In this document: piece by piece, positions 50,201 to 64,000 of the stretch
Layout of the letters: every line of letters begins with the position of its first letter
How positions within the stretch are numbered: position 1 is the first letter of the stretch
Source of the DNA: Eledone cirrhosa
Lineage: Eukaryota
Length of the DNA stretch: 64,000 nucleotides
Direction: 5' to 3'
Assembly: GCA_964016885.1 (NCBI GenBank)
Contig: OZ024740.1
Coordinates: 5,890,001 to 5,954,000 of the forward strand
The notes under the pieces: generated by a model
What the model saw: the letters and a program-made list of their open reading frames with translations, nothing else
What the model was told of the DNA's origin: nothing
Databases searched by the model: none
Made by a program: the position numbers and the translations under genes

Positions 50201-53200
50201 AGATAGTATATGGTGTAGTGTCATGTTGAGATAGTATATGGTGTAGTGTCATGTTGAGATAGTATTTTGTGTAGTGTCATATTGAAATAGTATATAATGT
50301 AGAGTCATGTTGAAATAGTATATACTGTAGTGTCATGTTGAGATAGTATATAGTGTAGTGTCGTGTTGAGATAGTATATGGTGTAGTGTCATGTTGAGAT
50401 AGTATTTTGTGTAGTGTCATTTTGAAATAGTATATAATGTAGAGTCATGTTGAAATAGTATATACTGTAGTGTCATGTTGAGATAGTATATAGTGTAGTG
50501 TCGTGTTGAGATAGTATATAGTGTAGTGTTACACTGAGATAGTATATAGTGTAGTGTCATGTTGAGATAGTATATAGTGTTGTGTCACACTGAGATATTA
50601 TATACTGTAGTGTCATGTTGAGATAGTATATAGTGTAGTGTCATGTTGAGATAGTATATAGTGTAGTGTCGAGTTGAGATAGTATATAGTGTAGTGTCGT
50701 GTTAAGATAGTATATAGTGTAGTGTCATGTTGAGATAGTATATAGTGTAGTGTCATGTTGAGATAGTATATAGTGTTGTGTCATGTTGAGATAGTATATA
50801 GTGTAGTGTCATGTTGAGATAGTATATAGTGTAGTGTCATGTTGAGATAGTATATACTGTAGTGTCATGTTGAGATAGTATATAGTGTAGTGTCTTGTTG
50901 AGATAGTATACAGTGTAGTGTTATGTTGAGATAGTATATAGTGTAGTGTCATGTTGAGATAGTATATAGTGTAGTGTCATGTTGAGATAGTATATGGTGT
51001 AGTGTCATGTTGAGATAGTATATGGTGTAGTGTCATGTTGAGATACTATATACTGTAGTGTCATGTTGAGATAGTATATAGTGTAGTGTCATGTTGAGAT
51101 AGTATATAGTGTAGTGTCATGTTGAGATAGTATATAGTGTAGTGTCATGTTGAGATAGTATATAGTGTAGTGTCATGTTGAGATAGTATATAGTGTAGTG
51201 TCGAGTTGAGATAGTATATACTGTAGTGTCATGTTGAGATAGTATATAGTGTAGTGTCATGTTGAGATAGTATATACTGTAGTGTCATGTTGAGATAGTA
51301 TATAGTGTAGTTTCGTGTTGAGATAGTATATAGTGTAGTGTCATGTTGAGATAGTATATAGTGTAGTGTCATGTTGAGATAGTATATAGTGTAGTGTCTT
51401 GTTGAGATAGTATATACTGTAGTGTCATGTTGAGATAGTATATAGTGTAGTGTCGTGTTGAGATAGTATATAGTGTAGTGTCATGTTGAGATAGTATATA
51501 GTGTAGTGTCGTGTTGAGATAGTATATAGTGTAGTGTCATGTTGAGATAGTATATAGTGTAGTGTCATGTTGAGATAGTATATAGTGTAGTGTCATTTTG
51601 AGATAGTATATAGTGTAGTGTCATGTTGAGATAGTATATACTGTAGTGTCGTGTTGAGATAGTATATAGTGTAATGTCATGTTGAGATAGTATATAGTGT
51701 AGTGTCATGTTGAGATAGTATATACTGTAGTGTCATGTTGAGATAGTATATAGTGTAGTGTTACACTGAGATAGTATATAGTGTAGTGTCATGTTGAGAT
51801 AGTATATAGTGTAGTGTCATTTTGAGATAGTATATAGTGTAGTGTCACGTTGATATAGTATATTGTGTAGTGTCGTGTTGAGATAGTATATAGTGTACTG
51901 TCACGTTGAGATAGTATATTGTGTAGTGTCATGTTGAGATAGTATATAGTGTAGTGTCATGTTGAGATAGTATATAGTGTAGTGTCGTGTTGAGATAGTA
52001 TATAGTGTACTGTCACGTTGAGATAGTATATAGTGTAGTGACATGTTGAGATAGTATATAGTGTAGTGTCATGTTGAGATAGTATATAGTGTAGTGTCAT
52101 GTTGAGATAGTATATACTATAGAGTCATGTTGAGATAGTATATACTGTAGTGTCATGTTGAGATAGTATATAGTGTAGTGTCGTGTTGAGATAGTATATG
52201 GTGTAGTGTCGTGTTGAGATAGTATATAGTGTAGTGTCGTGTTGAGATAGTATATAGTGTAGTGTCATGTTGAGATAGTATATACTTTAGTGTCATGTTG
52301 AGATAGTATATAGTGTAGTGTCACACTGAGATAGTATATAGTGTAGTGTCACACTGAGATAGTATATAGTGTAGTGTCATGTTGAGATAGTATATAGTGT
52401 AGTGTCATGTTGAGATATTATATGGTGTAGTGTTGTGTTAAGATAGTATATACTGTAGTGTTATGTTGAGATAGTATATAGTGTAGTGTTGTGTTAAGAT
52501 AGTATATTGTGTAGTGTCACACTGAGATAGTATATAGTGTAGTGTCATGTTGAGATAGTATATAATGTAGTGTCTTGTTGAGATAGTATATAGTGTAGTG
52601 TCATGTTGAGATAGTATATGGTGTAGTGTCATGTTGAGATAGTATATAGTCTAGTGTCACGTTGAGATAGTATATAGTGTAGTGTCATGTTGAGATAGTA
52701 TATAGTGTAGTGTCGTGTTGAGATAGTATATACTGTAGTGTCATGTTGAGATAGTATATAGTGTAGTGTCTTGTTGAGATAGTATATAGTGTAGTGTCAT
52801 GTTGAGATAGTATATAGTGTAGTGTCTTGTTGAGATAGTATATACTGTAGTGTCATGTTGAGATAGTATATAGTGTAGTGTCATGTTGAGATTGTATATA
52901 GTGTAGTGTCATGTTGAGATAGTATATATTGTAGTGTCATGTTGAGATAGTATATAGTGTAGTGTCATGTTGTGATAGTATATAGTGTAGTGTCATGTTG
53001 AGATAGTATATAGTGTAGTGTCATGTTGAGATAGTATATAGTGTAGTGTCATGTTGAGATAGTATATAGTGTAGTGTCATGTTGAGATAGTATATACTGT
53101 AGTGTCGTGTTGAGATAGTATATAGTGTAGTGTCATGTTGAGATAGTATATAGTGTAGTGTCATGTTGAGATAGTATATAGTGTAGTGTCATGTTGAGAT

Positions 53201-56200
53201 AGTATATAGTGTAGTGTTGTGTTAAGATAGTATATAGTGTAGTGTCATGTTGAGATAGTATATAGTGTAGTGTCATTTTGAGATAGTATATAGTGTAATG
53301 TCATGTTGAGATAGTATATAGTGTAGTGTCATGTTGAGATAGTATATAGTGTAGTGTCGAGTTGAGATAGTATATAGTGTAGTGTCATGTTGAGATAGTA
53401 TATCGTGTAGTGTCATGTTGAGATAGTATATAGTGTAGTGTCGTGTTGAGATAGTATATAGTGTAGTGTCATGTTGAGATAGTATATAGTGTAGTGTCAT
53501 GTTGAGATAGTATATAGTGTAGTGTCTTGTTGAGATAGTATATACTGTAGTGTCATGTTGAGATAGTATATAGTGTAGTGTGGTGTTGAGATAGTATATA
53601 GTGTAGTGTCATGTTGAGATAGTATATAGTGTAGTGTCGTGTTGAGATAGTATATAGTGTAGTGTCACACTGAGATAGTATATAGTGTAGTGTCACACTG
53701 AGATAGTATATAGTGTAGTGTCATGTTGAGATAGTATATAATGTAGTGTCGTGTTGAGATAGTATATGGTGTAGTGTCGTGTTGAGATAGTATATAGTGT
53801 AGTGTCGTGTTGAGATAGTATATAGTGTAGTGTCGTGTTGAGATAGTATATAGTGTAGTGTTACACTGAGATAGTATATAGTGTAGTGTCATGTTGAGAT
53901 AGTATATACTTTAGTGTCATGTTGAGATAGTATATAGTGTAGTGTCACACTGAGATAGTATATAGTGTAGTGTCACACTGAGATAGTATATAGTGTAGTG
54001 TCATGTTGAGATAGTATATAGTGTAGTGTCATGTTGAGATATTATATGGTGTAGTGTTGTGTTAAGATAGTATATACTGTAGTGTTATGTTGAGATAGTA
54101 TATAGTGTAGTGTTGTGTTAAGATAGTATATTGTGTAGTGTCACACTGAGATAGTATATAGTGTAGTGTCATGTTGAGATAGTATATAATGTAGTGTCTT
54201 GTTGAGATAGTATATAGTGTAGTGTCATGTTGAGATAGTATATGGTGTAGTGTCATGTTGAGATAGTATATAGTGTAGTGTCACGTTGAGATAGTATATA
54301 GTGTAGTGTCATGTTGAGATTGTATATAGTGTAGTGTCGTGTTGAGATAGTATATACTGTAGTGTCATGTTGAGATAGTATATAGTGTAGTGTCTTGTTG
54401 AGATAGTATATAGTGTAGTGTCATGTTGAGATAGTATATAGTGTAGTGTCATGTTGAGATAGTATATAGTGTAGTGTCGTGTTGAGATAGTATATAGTGT
54501 ACTGTCACGTTGAGATAGTATATAGTGTAGTGACATGTTGAGATAGTATATAGTGTAGTGTCATGTTGAGATAGTATATAGTGTAGTGTCATGTTGAGAT
54601 AGTATATACTATAGAGTCATGTTGAGATAGTATATACTGTAGTGTCATGTTGAGATAGTATATAGTGTAGTGTCGTGTTGAGATAGTATATGGTGTAGTG
54701 TCGTGTTGAGATAGTATATAGTGTAGTGTCGTGTTGAGATAGTATATAGTGTAGTGTCGTGTTGAGATAGTATATAGTGTAGTGTTACACTGAGATAGTA
54801 TATAGTGTAGTGTCATGTTGAGATAGTATATACTTTAGTGTCATGTTGAGATAGTATATAGTGTAGTGTCACACTGAGATAGTATATAGTGTAGTGTCAC
54901 ACTGAGATAGTATATAGTGTAGTGTCATGTTGAGATAGTATATAGTGTAGTGTCATGTTGAGATATTATATGGTGTAGTGTTGTGTTAAGATAGTATATA
55001 CTGTAGTGTTATGTTGAGATAGTATATAGTGTAGTGTTGTGTTAAGATAGTATATTGTGTAGTGTCACACTGAGATAGTATATAGTGTAGTGTCATGTTG
55101 AGATAGTATATAATGTAGTGTCTTGTTGAGATAGTATATAGTGTAGTGTCATGTTGAGATAGTATATGGTGTAGTGTCATGTTGAGATAGTATATAGTGT
55201 AGTGTCACGTTGAGATAGTATATAGTGTAGTGTCATGTTGAGATAGTATATAGTGTAGTGTCGTGTTGAGATAGTATATACTGTAGTGTCATGTTGAGAT
55301 AGTATATAGTGTAGTGTCTTGTTGAGATAGTATATAGTGTAGTGTCATGTTGAGATAGTATATAGTGTAGTGTCTTGTTGAGATAGTATATACTGTAGTG
55401 TCATGTTGAGATAGTATATAGTGTAGTGTCATGTTGAGATTGTATATAGTGTAGTGTCATGTTGAGATAGTATATATTGTAGTGTCATGTTGAGATAGTA
55501 TATAGTGTAGTGTCATGTTGTGATAGTATATAGTGTAGTGTCATGTTGAGATAGTATATAGTGTAGTGTCATGTTGAGATAGTATATAGTGTAGTGTCAT
55601 GTTGAGATAGTATATAGTGTAGTGTCATGTTGAGATAGTATATACTGTAGTGTCGTGTTGAGATAGTATATAGTGTAGTGTCATGTTGAGATAGTATATA
55701 GTGTAGTGTCATGTTGAGATAGTATATAGTGTAGTGTCATGTTGAGATAGTATATAGTGTAGTGTTGTGTTAAGATAGTATATAGTGTAGTGTCATGTTG
55801 AGATAGTATATAGTGTAGTGTCATTTTGAGATAGTATATAGTGTAATGTCATGTTGAGATAGTATATAGTGTAGTGTCATGTTGAGATAGTATATAGTGT
55901 AGTGTCGAGTTGAGATAGTATATAGTGTAGTGTCATGTTGAGATAGTATATCGTGTAGTGTCATGTTGAGATAGTATATAGTGTAGTGTCGTGTTGAGAT
56001 AGTATATAGTGTAGTGTCATGTTGAGATAGTATATAGTGTAGTGTCATGTTGAGATAGTATATAGTGTAGTGTCTTGTTGAGATAGTATATACTGTAGTG
56101 TCATGTTGAGATAGTATATAGTGTAGTGTGGTGTTGAGATAGTATATAGTGTAGTGTCATGTTGAGATAGTATATAGTGTAGTGTCGTGTTGAGATAGTA

Positions 56201-59200
56201 TATAGTGTAGTGTCACACTGAGATAGTATATAGTGTAGTGTCACACTGAGATAGTATATAGTGTAGTGTCATGTTGAGATAGTATATAATGTAGTGTCGT
56301 GTTGAGATAGTATATGGTGTAGTGTCGTGTTGAGATAGTATATAGTGTAGTGTCGTGTTGAGATAGTATATAGTGTAGTGTCGTGTTGAGATAGTATATA
56401 GTGTAGTGTTACACTGAGATAGTATATAGTGTAGTGTCATGTTGAGATAGTATATACTTTAGTGTCATGTTGAGATAGTATATAGTGTAGTGTCACACTG
56501 AGATAGTATATAGTGTAGTGTCACACTGAGATAGTATATAGTGTAGTGTCATGTTGAGATAGTATATAGTGTAGTGTCATGTTGAGATATTATATGGTGT
56601 AGTGTTGTGTTAAGATAGTATATACTGTAGTGTTATGTTGAGATAGTATATAGTGTAGTGTTGTGTTAAGATAGTATATTGTGTAGTGTCACACTGAGAT
56701 AGTATATAGTGTAGTGTCATGTTGAGATAGTATATAATGTAGTGTCTTGTTGAGATAGTATATAGTGTAGTGTCATGTTGAGATAGTATATGGTGTAGTG
56801 TCATGTTGAGATAGTATATAGTGTAGTGTCATTTTGAGATAGTATATAGTGTAGTGTCATGTTGAGATTGTATATAGTGTAGTGTCGTGTTGAGATAGTA
56901 TATACTGTAGTGTCATGTTGAGATAGTATATAGTGTAGTGTCTTGTTGAGATAGTATATAGTGTAGTGTCATGTTGAGATAGTATATAGTGTAGTGTCTT
57001 GTTGAGATAGTATATACTGTAGTGTCATGTTGAGATAGTATATAGTGTAGTGTCGTGTTGAGATAGTATATAGTGTAGTGTCATGTTGAGATAGTATATA
57101 GTGTAGTGTCGTGTTGAGATAGTATATAGTGTAGTGTCATGTTGAGATAGTATATAGTGTAGTGTCATGTTGAGATAGTATATAGTGTAGTGTCATGTTG
57201 AGATAGTATATAGTGTAGTGTCATTTTGAGATAGTATATAGTGTAATGTCATGTTGAGATAGTATATAGTGTAGTGTCATGTTGAGATAGTATATAGTGT
57301 AGTGTCGAGTTGAGATAGTATATAGTGTAGTGTCATGTTGAGATAGTATATCGTGTAGTGTCATGTTGAGATAGTATATAGTGTAGTGTCGTGTTGAGAT
57401 AGTATATAGTGTAGTGTCATGTTGAGATAGTATATAGTGTAGTGTCATGTTGAGATAGTATATAGTGTAGTGTTGTGTTAAGATAGTATATTGTGTAGTG
57501 TCACACTGAGATAGTATATAGTGTAGTGTCATGTTGAGATAGTATATAGTGTAGTGTCATGTTGAGATAGTATATAGTGTAGTGTCATGTTGAGATATTA
57601 TATGGTGTAGTGTTGTGTTAAGATAGTATATACTGTAGTGTTATGTTGAGATAGTATATAGTGTAGTGTCACGTTGAGATTGTATATAGTGTAGTGTTGT
57701 GTTAAGATAGTATATACTGTAGTGTTATGTTGAGATAGTATATAGTGTAGTGTCATGTTGAGATAGTATATAGTGTAGTGTCATGTTGAGATAGTATATA
57801 GTGTAATGTCATGTTGAGATAGTATATAGTGTAGTGTCGTGTTGAGATAGTATATAGTGTAGTGTCACGTTGAGATAGTATATAGTGTAGTGTCATGTTG
57901 AGATTGTATATAGTGTAGTGTCTTGTTGAGATAGTATATACTGTAGTGTCATGTTGAGATAGTATATACTGCAGTGTAATGTTGAGATAGTATATAGTGT
58001 AGTGTCATGTTGAGATAGTATATAGTGTAGTGTCATTTTGAGATAGTATATACTGTAGTGTCATGTTGAGATAGTATATACTGTAGTGTCACGTTGAGAT
58101 TGTATATAGTGTAGTGTTGTGTTAAGATAGTAGATACTGTAGTGTTATGTTGAGATAGTATATAGTGTAGTGTCATGTTGAGATAGTATATAGTGTAGTG
58201 TCATGTTGAGATAGTATATAGTGTAGTGTCATGTTGAGATAGTATATACTGTAGTGTCGTGTTGAGATAGTATATAGTGTAGTGTCATGTTGAGATAGTA
58301 TATAGTGTAGTGTCATTTTGAGATAGTATATAGTGTAGTGTCATGTTGAGATAGTATATAGTGTAGTGTTGTGTTAAGATAGTATATACTGCAGTGTGAT
58401 GTTGAGATAGTATATAGTGTAGTGTCATGTTGAGATAGTATATAGTGTAGTGTCATTTTGAGATAGTATATACTGTAGTGTCATGTTGAGATAGTATATA
58501 CTGTAGTGTCACGTTGAGATTGTATATAGTGTAGTGTTGTGTTAAGATAGTATATACTGTAGTGTTATGTTGAGATAGTATATAGTGTAGTGTCATGTTG
58601 AGATAGTATATAGTGTAGTGTCATGTTGAGATAGTATATAGTGTAATGTCATGTTGAGATAGTATATAGTGTAGTGTCGTGTTGAGATAGTATATAGTGT
58701 AGTGTCACGTTGAGATAGTATATAGTGTAGTGTCATGTTGAGATAGTATATAGTGTAGTGTCATTTTGAGATAGTATATAGTGTAGTGTCATGTTGAGAT
58801 AGTATATAGTGTAGTGTCATGTTGAGATAGTATATAGTGTAGTGTCATTTTGAGATAGTATATAGTGTAGTGTCATGTTGAGATAGTATATAGTGTAGTG
58901 TCATGTTGAGATAGTATATAGTGTATGGTCACGTTGAGATAGTATATACTATAGACTCATGTTGAGATAGTATATACTGTAGTGTCATGTTGACATAGTA
59001 TATAGTGTAGTGTTACACTGAGATAGTATATAGTGTAGTGTCATGTTGAGATAGTATATAGTGTAGTGTCATGTTGAGATAGTATATAGTGTAGTGTAAT
59101 GTTGAGATAGTATATAGTGTAGTGTCATGTTGAGATAGTATATACTGTAGTGTCATGTTGAGATAGTATATACTTTAGTGTCATGTTGAGATAGTATATA

Positions 59201-62200
59201 GTGTAGTGTCGTGTTGAGATAGTATATAGTGTAGTGTCATGTTGAGATAGTATATAGTGTAGTGTCATGTTGAGATAGTATATACTGTAGTGTAATGTTG
59301 AGATAGTATATAGTGTAGTGTCATGTTGAGATAGTATATACTGTAGTGTCATGTTGAGATAGTATATACTTTAGTGTCATGTTGAGATAGTATATAGTGT
59401 AGTGTCATGTTGAGATAGTATATAGTGTAGTGTCATGTTGAGATAGTATATAGTGTAGTGTCATGTTGAGATAGTATATAGTGTAGTGTCGTGTTGAGAT
59501 AGTATATACTGTAGTGTAATGTTGAGATAGTATATAGTGTAGTGTCGTGTTGAGATAGTATATAGTGTAGTGTCATGTTGAGATAGTATATAGTGTAGTG
59601 ACACACTGAGATAGTATATAGAGTAGTGTCATGTTGAGATAGTATATAGTGTAGTGTCGTGTTGAGATAGTATATACTGTAGTGTAATGTTGAGATAGTA
59701 TATAGTGTAGTGTCGTGTTGAGATAGTATATAGTGTAGTGTCATGTTGAGATAGTATATAGTGTAGTGACACACTGAGATAGTATATACTGTAGTGTAAT
59801 GTTGAGATAGTATATAGTGTAGTGTCGTGTTGAGATAGTATATACTGTAGTGTAATGTTGAGATAGTATATAGTGTAGTGTCATGTTGAGATAGTATATA
59901 GTGTAGTGTCATGTTGAGATAGTATATAGTGTAGTGACACACTGAGATAGTATATAGAGTAGTGTCATGTTGAGATAGTATATAGTGTAGTGTCGTGTTG
60001 AGATAGTATATAGTGTAGTGTCACACTGAGATAGTATATAGTGTAGTGTCACACTGAGATAGTATATAGTGTAGTGTCATGTTGAGATAGTATATAATGT
60101 AGTGTCTTGTTGAGATAGTATATAGTGTAGTGTCACACTGAGATAGTATATAGTGTAGTGTCACACTGAGATAGTATATAGTGTAGTGTCATGTTGAGAT
60201 AGTATATAGTGTAGTGTCATGTTGAGATAGTATATAGTGTAGTGTCATGTTGAGAGAGTATATAGTGTAGTGTCATGTTGAGATAGTATATAGTGTAGTG
60301 TCATGTTGAGATAGTATATAGTGTAGTGTCGTGTTGAGATAGTATATAGTGTAGTGTCACACTGAGATAGTATATAGTGTAGTGTCATGTTGAGATAGTA
60401 TATAGTGTTGTGTCACACTGAGATATTACATACTGTAGTGTCATGTTGAGATAGTATATAGTGTAGTGTCACACTGAGATAGTATATACTGTAGTGTCAT
60501 GTTGAGATAGTATATAGTGTAGTGTCATGTTGAGATAGTATTTTGTGTAGTGTCATTTTGAAATAGTATATAATGTAGAGTCATGTTGAAATAGTATATA
60601 GTGTTGTGTCACACTGAGATATTATATACTGTAGTGTCATGTTGAGATAGTATATAGTGTAGTGTCACACTGAGATAGTATATAGTGTAGTGTCATGTTG
60701 AGATAGTATATACTGTAGTGTCATGTTGAGATAGTATATAGTGTAGTGTCATGTTGAGATAGTATATAGTGTAGTGTCATGTTGAGATAGTATATAGTGT
60801 AGTGTCATGTTGAGATAGTATATACTGTAGTGTCGTGTTGAGATAGTATATAGTGTAGTGTCATGTTGAGATAGTATATAGTGTAGTGTCATGTTGAGAT
60901 AGTATATAGTGTAGTGTCATGTTGAGATAGTATATAGTGTAGTGTTGTGTTAAGATAGTATATAGTGTAGTGTCATGTTGAGATAGTATATAGTGTAGTG
61001 TCATTTTGAGATAGTATATAGTGTAATGTCATGTTGAGATAGTATATAGTGTAGTGTCATGTTGAGATAGTATATAGTGTAGTGTCGAGTTGAGATAGTA
61101 TATAGTGTAGTGTCATGTTGAGATAGTATATCGTGTAGTGTCATGTTGAGATAGTATATAGTGTAGTGTCGTGTTGAGATAGTATATAGTGTAGTGTCAT
61201 GTTGAGATAGTATATAGTGTAGTGTCATGTTGAGATAGTATATAGTGTAGTGTTGTGTTAAGATAGTATATAGTGTAGTGTCATGTTGAGATAGTATATA
61301 GTGTAGTGTCATTTTGAGATAGTATATAGTGTAATGTCATGTTGAGATAGTATATAGTGTAGTGTCATGTTGAGATAGTATATAGTGTAGTGTCGAGTTG
61401 AGATAGTATATAGTGTAGTGTCATGTTGAGATAGTATATCGTGTAGTGTCATGTTGAGATAGTATATAGTGTAGTGTGGTGTTGAGATAGTATATAGTGT
61501 AGTGTCATGTTGAGATAGTATATAGTGTAGTGTCGTGTTGAGATAGTATATAGTGTATTGTCATGTTGAGATAGTATATAGTGTAGTGTCATTTTGAGAT
61601 AGTATATAGTGTAATGTCATGTTGAGATAGTATATAGTGTAGTGTCATGTTGAGATAGTATATAGTGTAGTGTCGAGTTGAGATAGTATATAGTGTAGTG
61701 TCATGTTGAGATAGTATATCGTGTAGTGTCATGTTGAGATAGTATATAGTGTAGTGTGGTGTTGAGATAGTATATAGTGTAGTGTCATGTTGAGATAGTA
61801 TATAGTGTAGTGTCGTGTTGAGATAGTATATAGTGTATTGTCATGTTGAGATAGTATATATTGTAGTGTCATGTTGAGATAGTATATAGTGTAGTGTCAT
61901 GTTGAGATAGTATATACTGTAGTGTCCTTGTTGAGATAGTATATAGTGTAGTGTCATGTTGAGATAGTATATAGTGTAGTGTCATTTTGAGATAGTATAT
62001 AGTGTAGTGTCATGTTGAGATAGTATATAGTGTAGTGTTGTGTTAAGATAGTATATACTGCAGTGTAATGTTGAGATAGTATATAGTGTAGTGTCATGTT
62101 GAGATAGTATATAGTGTAGTGTCATTTTGAGATAGTATATACTGTAGTGTCATGTTGAGATAGTATATACTGTAGTGTCACGTTGAGATTGTATATAGTG

Positions 62201-64000
62201 TAGTGTTGTGTTAAGATAGTATATAGTGTAGTGTCATGTTGAGATAGTATATAGTGTAGTGTCATGTTGAGATAGTATATAGTGTAGTGTCATGTTGAGA
62301 TAGTATATAGTGTAATGTCATGTTGAGATAGTATATAGTGTAGTGTCGTGTTGAGATAGTATATAGTGTAGTGTCACGTTGAGATAGTATATAGTGTAGT
62401 GTCATGTTGAGATAGTATATAGTGTAGTGTCATTTTGAGATAGTATATAGTGTAGTGTCATGTTGAGATAGTATATAGTGTAGTGTCATGTTGAGATAGT
62501 ATATAGTGTAGTGTCATTTTGAGATAGTATATAGTGTAGTGTCATGTTGAGATAGTATATAGTGTAGTGTCATGTTGAGATAGTATATAGTGTATGGTCA
62601 CGTTGAGATAGTATATACTATAGACTCATGTTGAGATAGTATATACTGTAGTGTCATGTTGACATAGTATATAGTGTAGTGTTACACTGAGATAGTATAT
62701 AGTGTAGTGTCATGTTGAGATAGTATATAGTGTAGTGTTACACTGAGATAGTATATAGTGTAGTGTCATGTTGAGATAGTATATACTGTAGTGTCATGTT
62801 GAGATAGTATATACTGTAGTGTCATGTTGAGATAGTATATACTGTAGGGTCATGTTGAGATAGTATATACTGTAGGGTCATGTTGAGATAGTATATACTG
62901 TAGTGTGATGTTAAGATGGTATATAGTGTAGTGTCATGTTGAGATAGTATATAGTGTAGTGTCATGTTGAGATAGTATATAGTGTAGTGTCATGTTGAGA
63001 TAGTATATAGTGTAGTGTTACACTGAGATAGTATATAGTGTAGTGTCATGTTGAGATAGTATATACTGTAGTGTCATGTTGAGATAGTATATAGTGTAGT
63101 GTCATGTTGAGATAGTATATAGTGTAGTGCCACGTTGAGATAGTATATAGTGTAGTGTCGTGTTGAGATAGTATATAGTGTAGTGTCATGTTGAGATAGT
63201 ATATTGTGTAGTGTCATGTTGAGATAGTATATAGTGTAGTGCCACGTTGAGATAGTATATAGTGTAGTGTCGTGTTGAGATAGTATATAGTGTAGTGTCA
63301 TGTTGAGATAGTATATAGTGTAGTGTCATGTTGAGATAGTATATAGTGTAGTGTCATGTTGAGATAGTATATAGTGTAGTGTCATGTTGAGATAGTATAG
63401 AGTGTAGTGTCATGTTGAGATAGTATATACTGTAGTGACATCTTGAGATAGTATATAGTGTAGTGACATGTTGAGATAGTATATAGTGTAGTGTCATGTT
63501 GAGATAGTATATACTGTAGTGTCATGTTGAGATAGTATATACTGTAGTGACGTGTTGAGATTGTATATAGTGTAGTGTCATGTTGAGATAGTATATAGTG
63601 TAGTGTCATGTTGAGATAGTATATACTGTAGTGTCACGTTGAGATAGTATATAGTGTAGTGTCATGTTGAGATAGTATATAGTGTAGTGTCATGTTGAGA
63701 TAGTATATAGTGTAGTGTCGTGTTGAGATAGTATATACTGTAGTGTCGTGTTGAGATAGTATATAGTGTAGTGTCATGTTGAGATAGTATATAGTGTAGT
63801 GTCATGTTGAGATAGTATATAGTGTAGTGACATGTTGAGATAGTATATAGTGTAGTGTCGTGTTGAGATAGTATATAGTGTAGTGTCGTGTTGAGATAGT
63901 ATATAGTGTAGTGTCATGTTGAGATAGTATAGAGTGTAGTGTCATGTTGAGATAGTATATACTGTAGTGACATCTTGAGATAGTATATAGTGTAGTGACA
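41290..64000. repeat. 28-bp satellite, ~810 units, runs off the window end
   Basis: Consensus gttgagatagtatatagtgtagtgtcat with recurring variants (cacactgag, cgtgttgag, tatactgtag, tgtgttaag). Confidence 0.98.

Noticed and set aside
41653-63609. Many minus-strand MTLHYILSQHDTT ORFs
   Set aside because: Frame-cycling translations of the 28-bp satellite.

Overview
Eukaryotic, AT-rich, repeat-saturated DNA. The SINE and LINE-tail families look like those of octopus/cephalopod genomes (inferred from recalled repeat consensus sequences, not from a search). The only convincing host coding sequence is one 162-bp exon of a kinesin-14/KIF25-like motor domain (8068-8229, +). No further exon is recognisable, so most of the window may be one very large intron. 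About two thirds of the window is two satellites: a 49-bp unit (~14.8-34.6 kb) and a 28-bp unit (41.3 kb to the end). There are also many mini/microsatellites, tRNA-derived SINEs, a hAT-like MITE and decayed CRE, CR1/L2 and RTE retrotransposon fragments. Two observations stand out. First, two unrelated fold-back structures next to (TA)n tracts (4903-5788 and 12901-13084) each carry a head-to-head pair of type I minimal hammerhead-ribozyme motifs with palindromic stem III and a shared U-U at the base of stem II, suggesting Penelope-like/retrozyme elements. Second, the 20-kb 49-bp satellite grew out of a short retroposon tail that itself appears to split a tRNA-SINE, and an unamplified seed copy survives at 37.9-38.2 kb. 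Nearly all ORFs in the supplied track are repeat artefacts.
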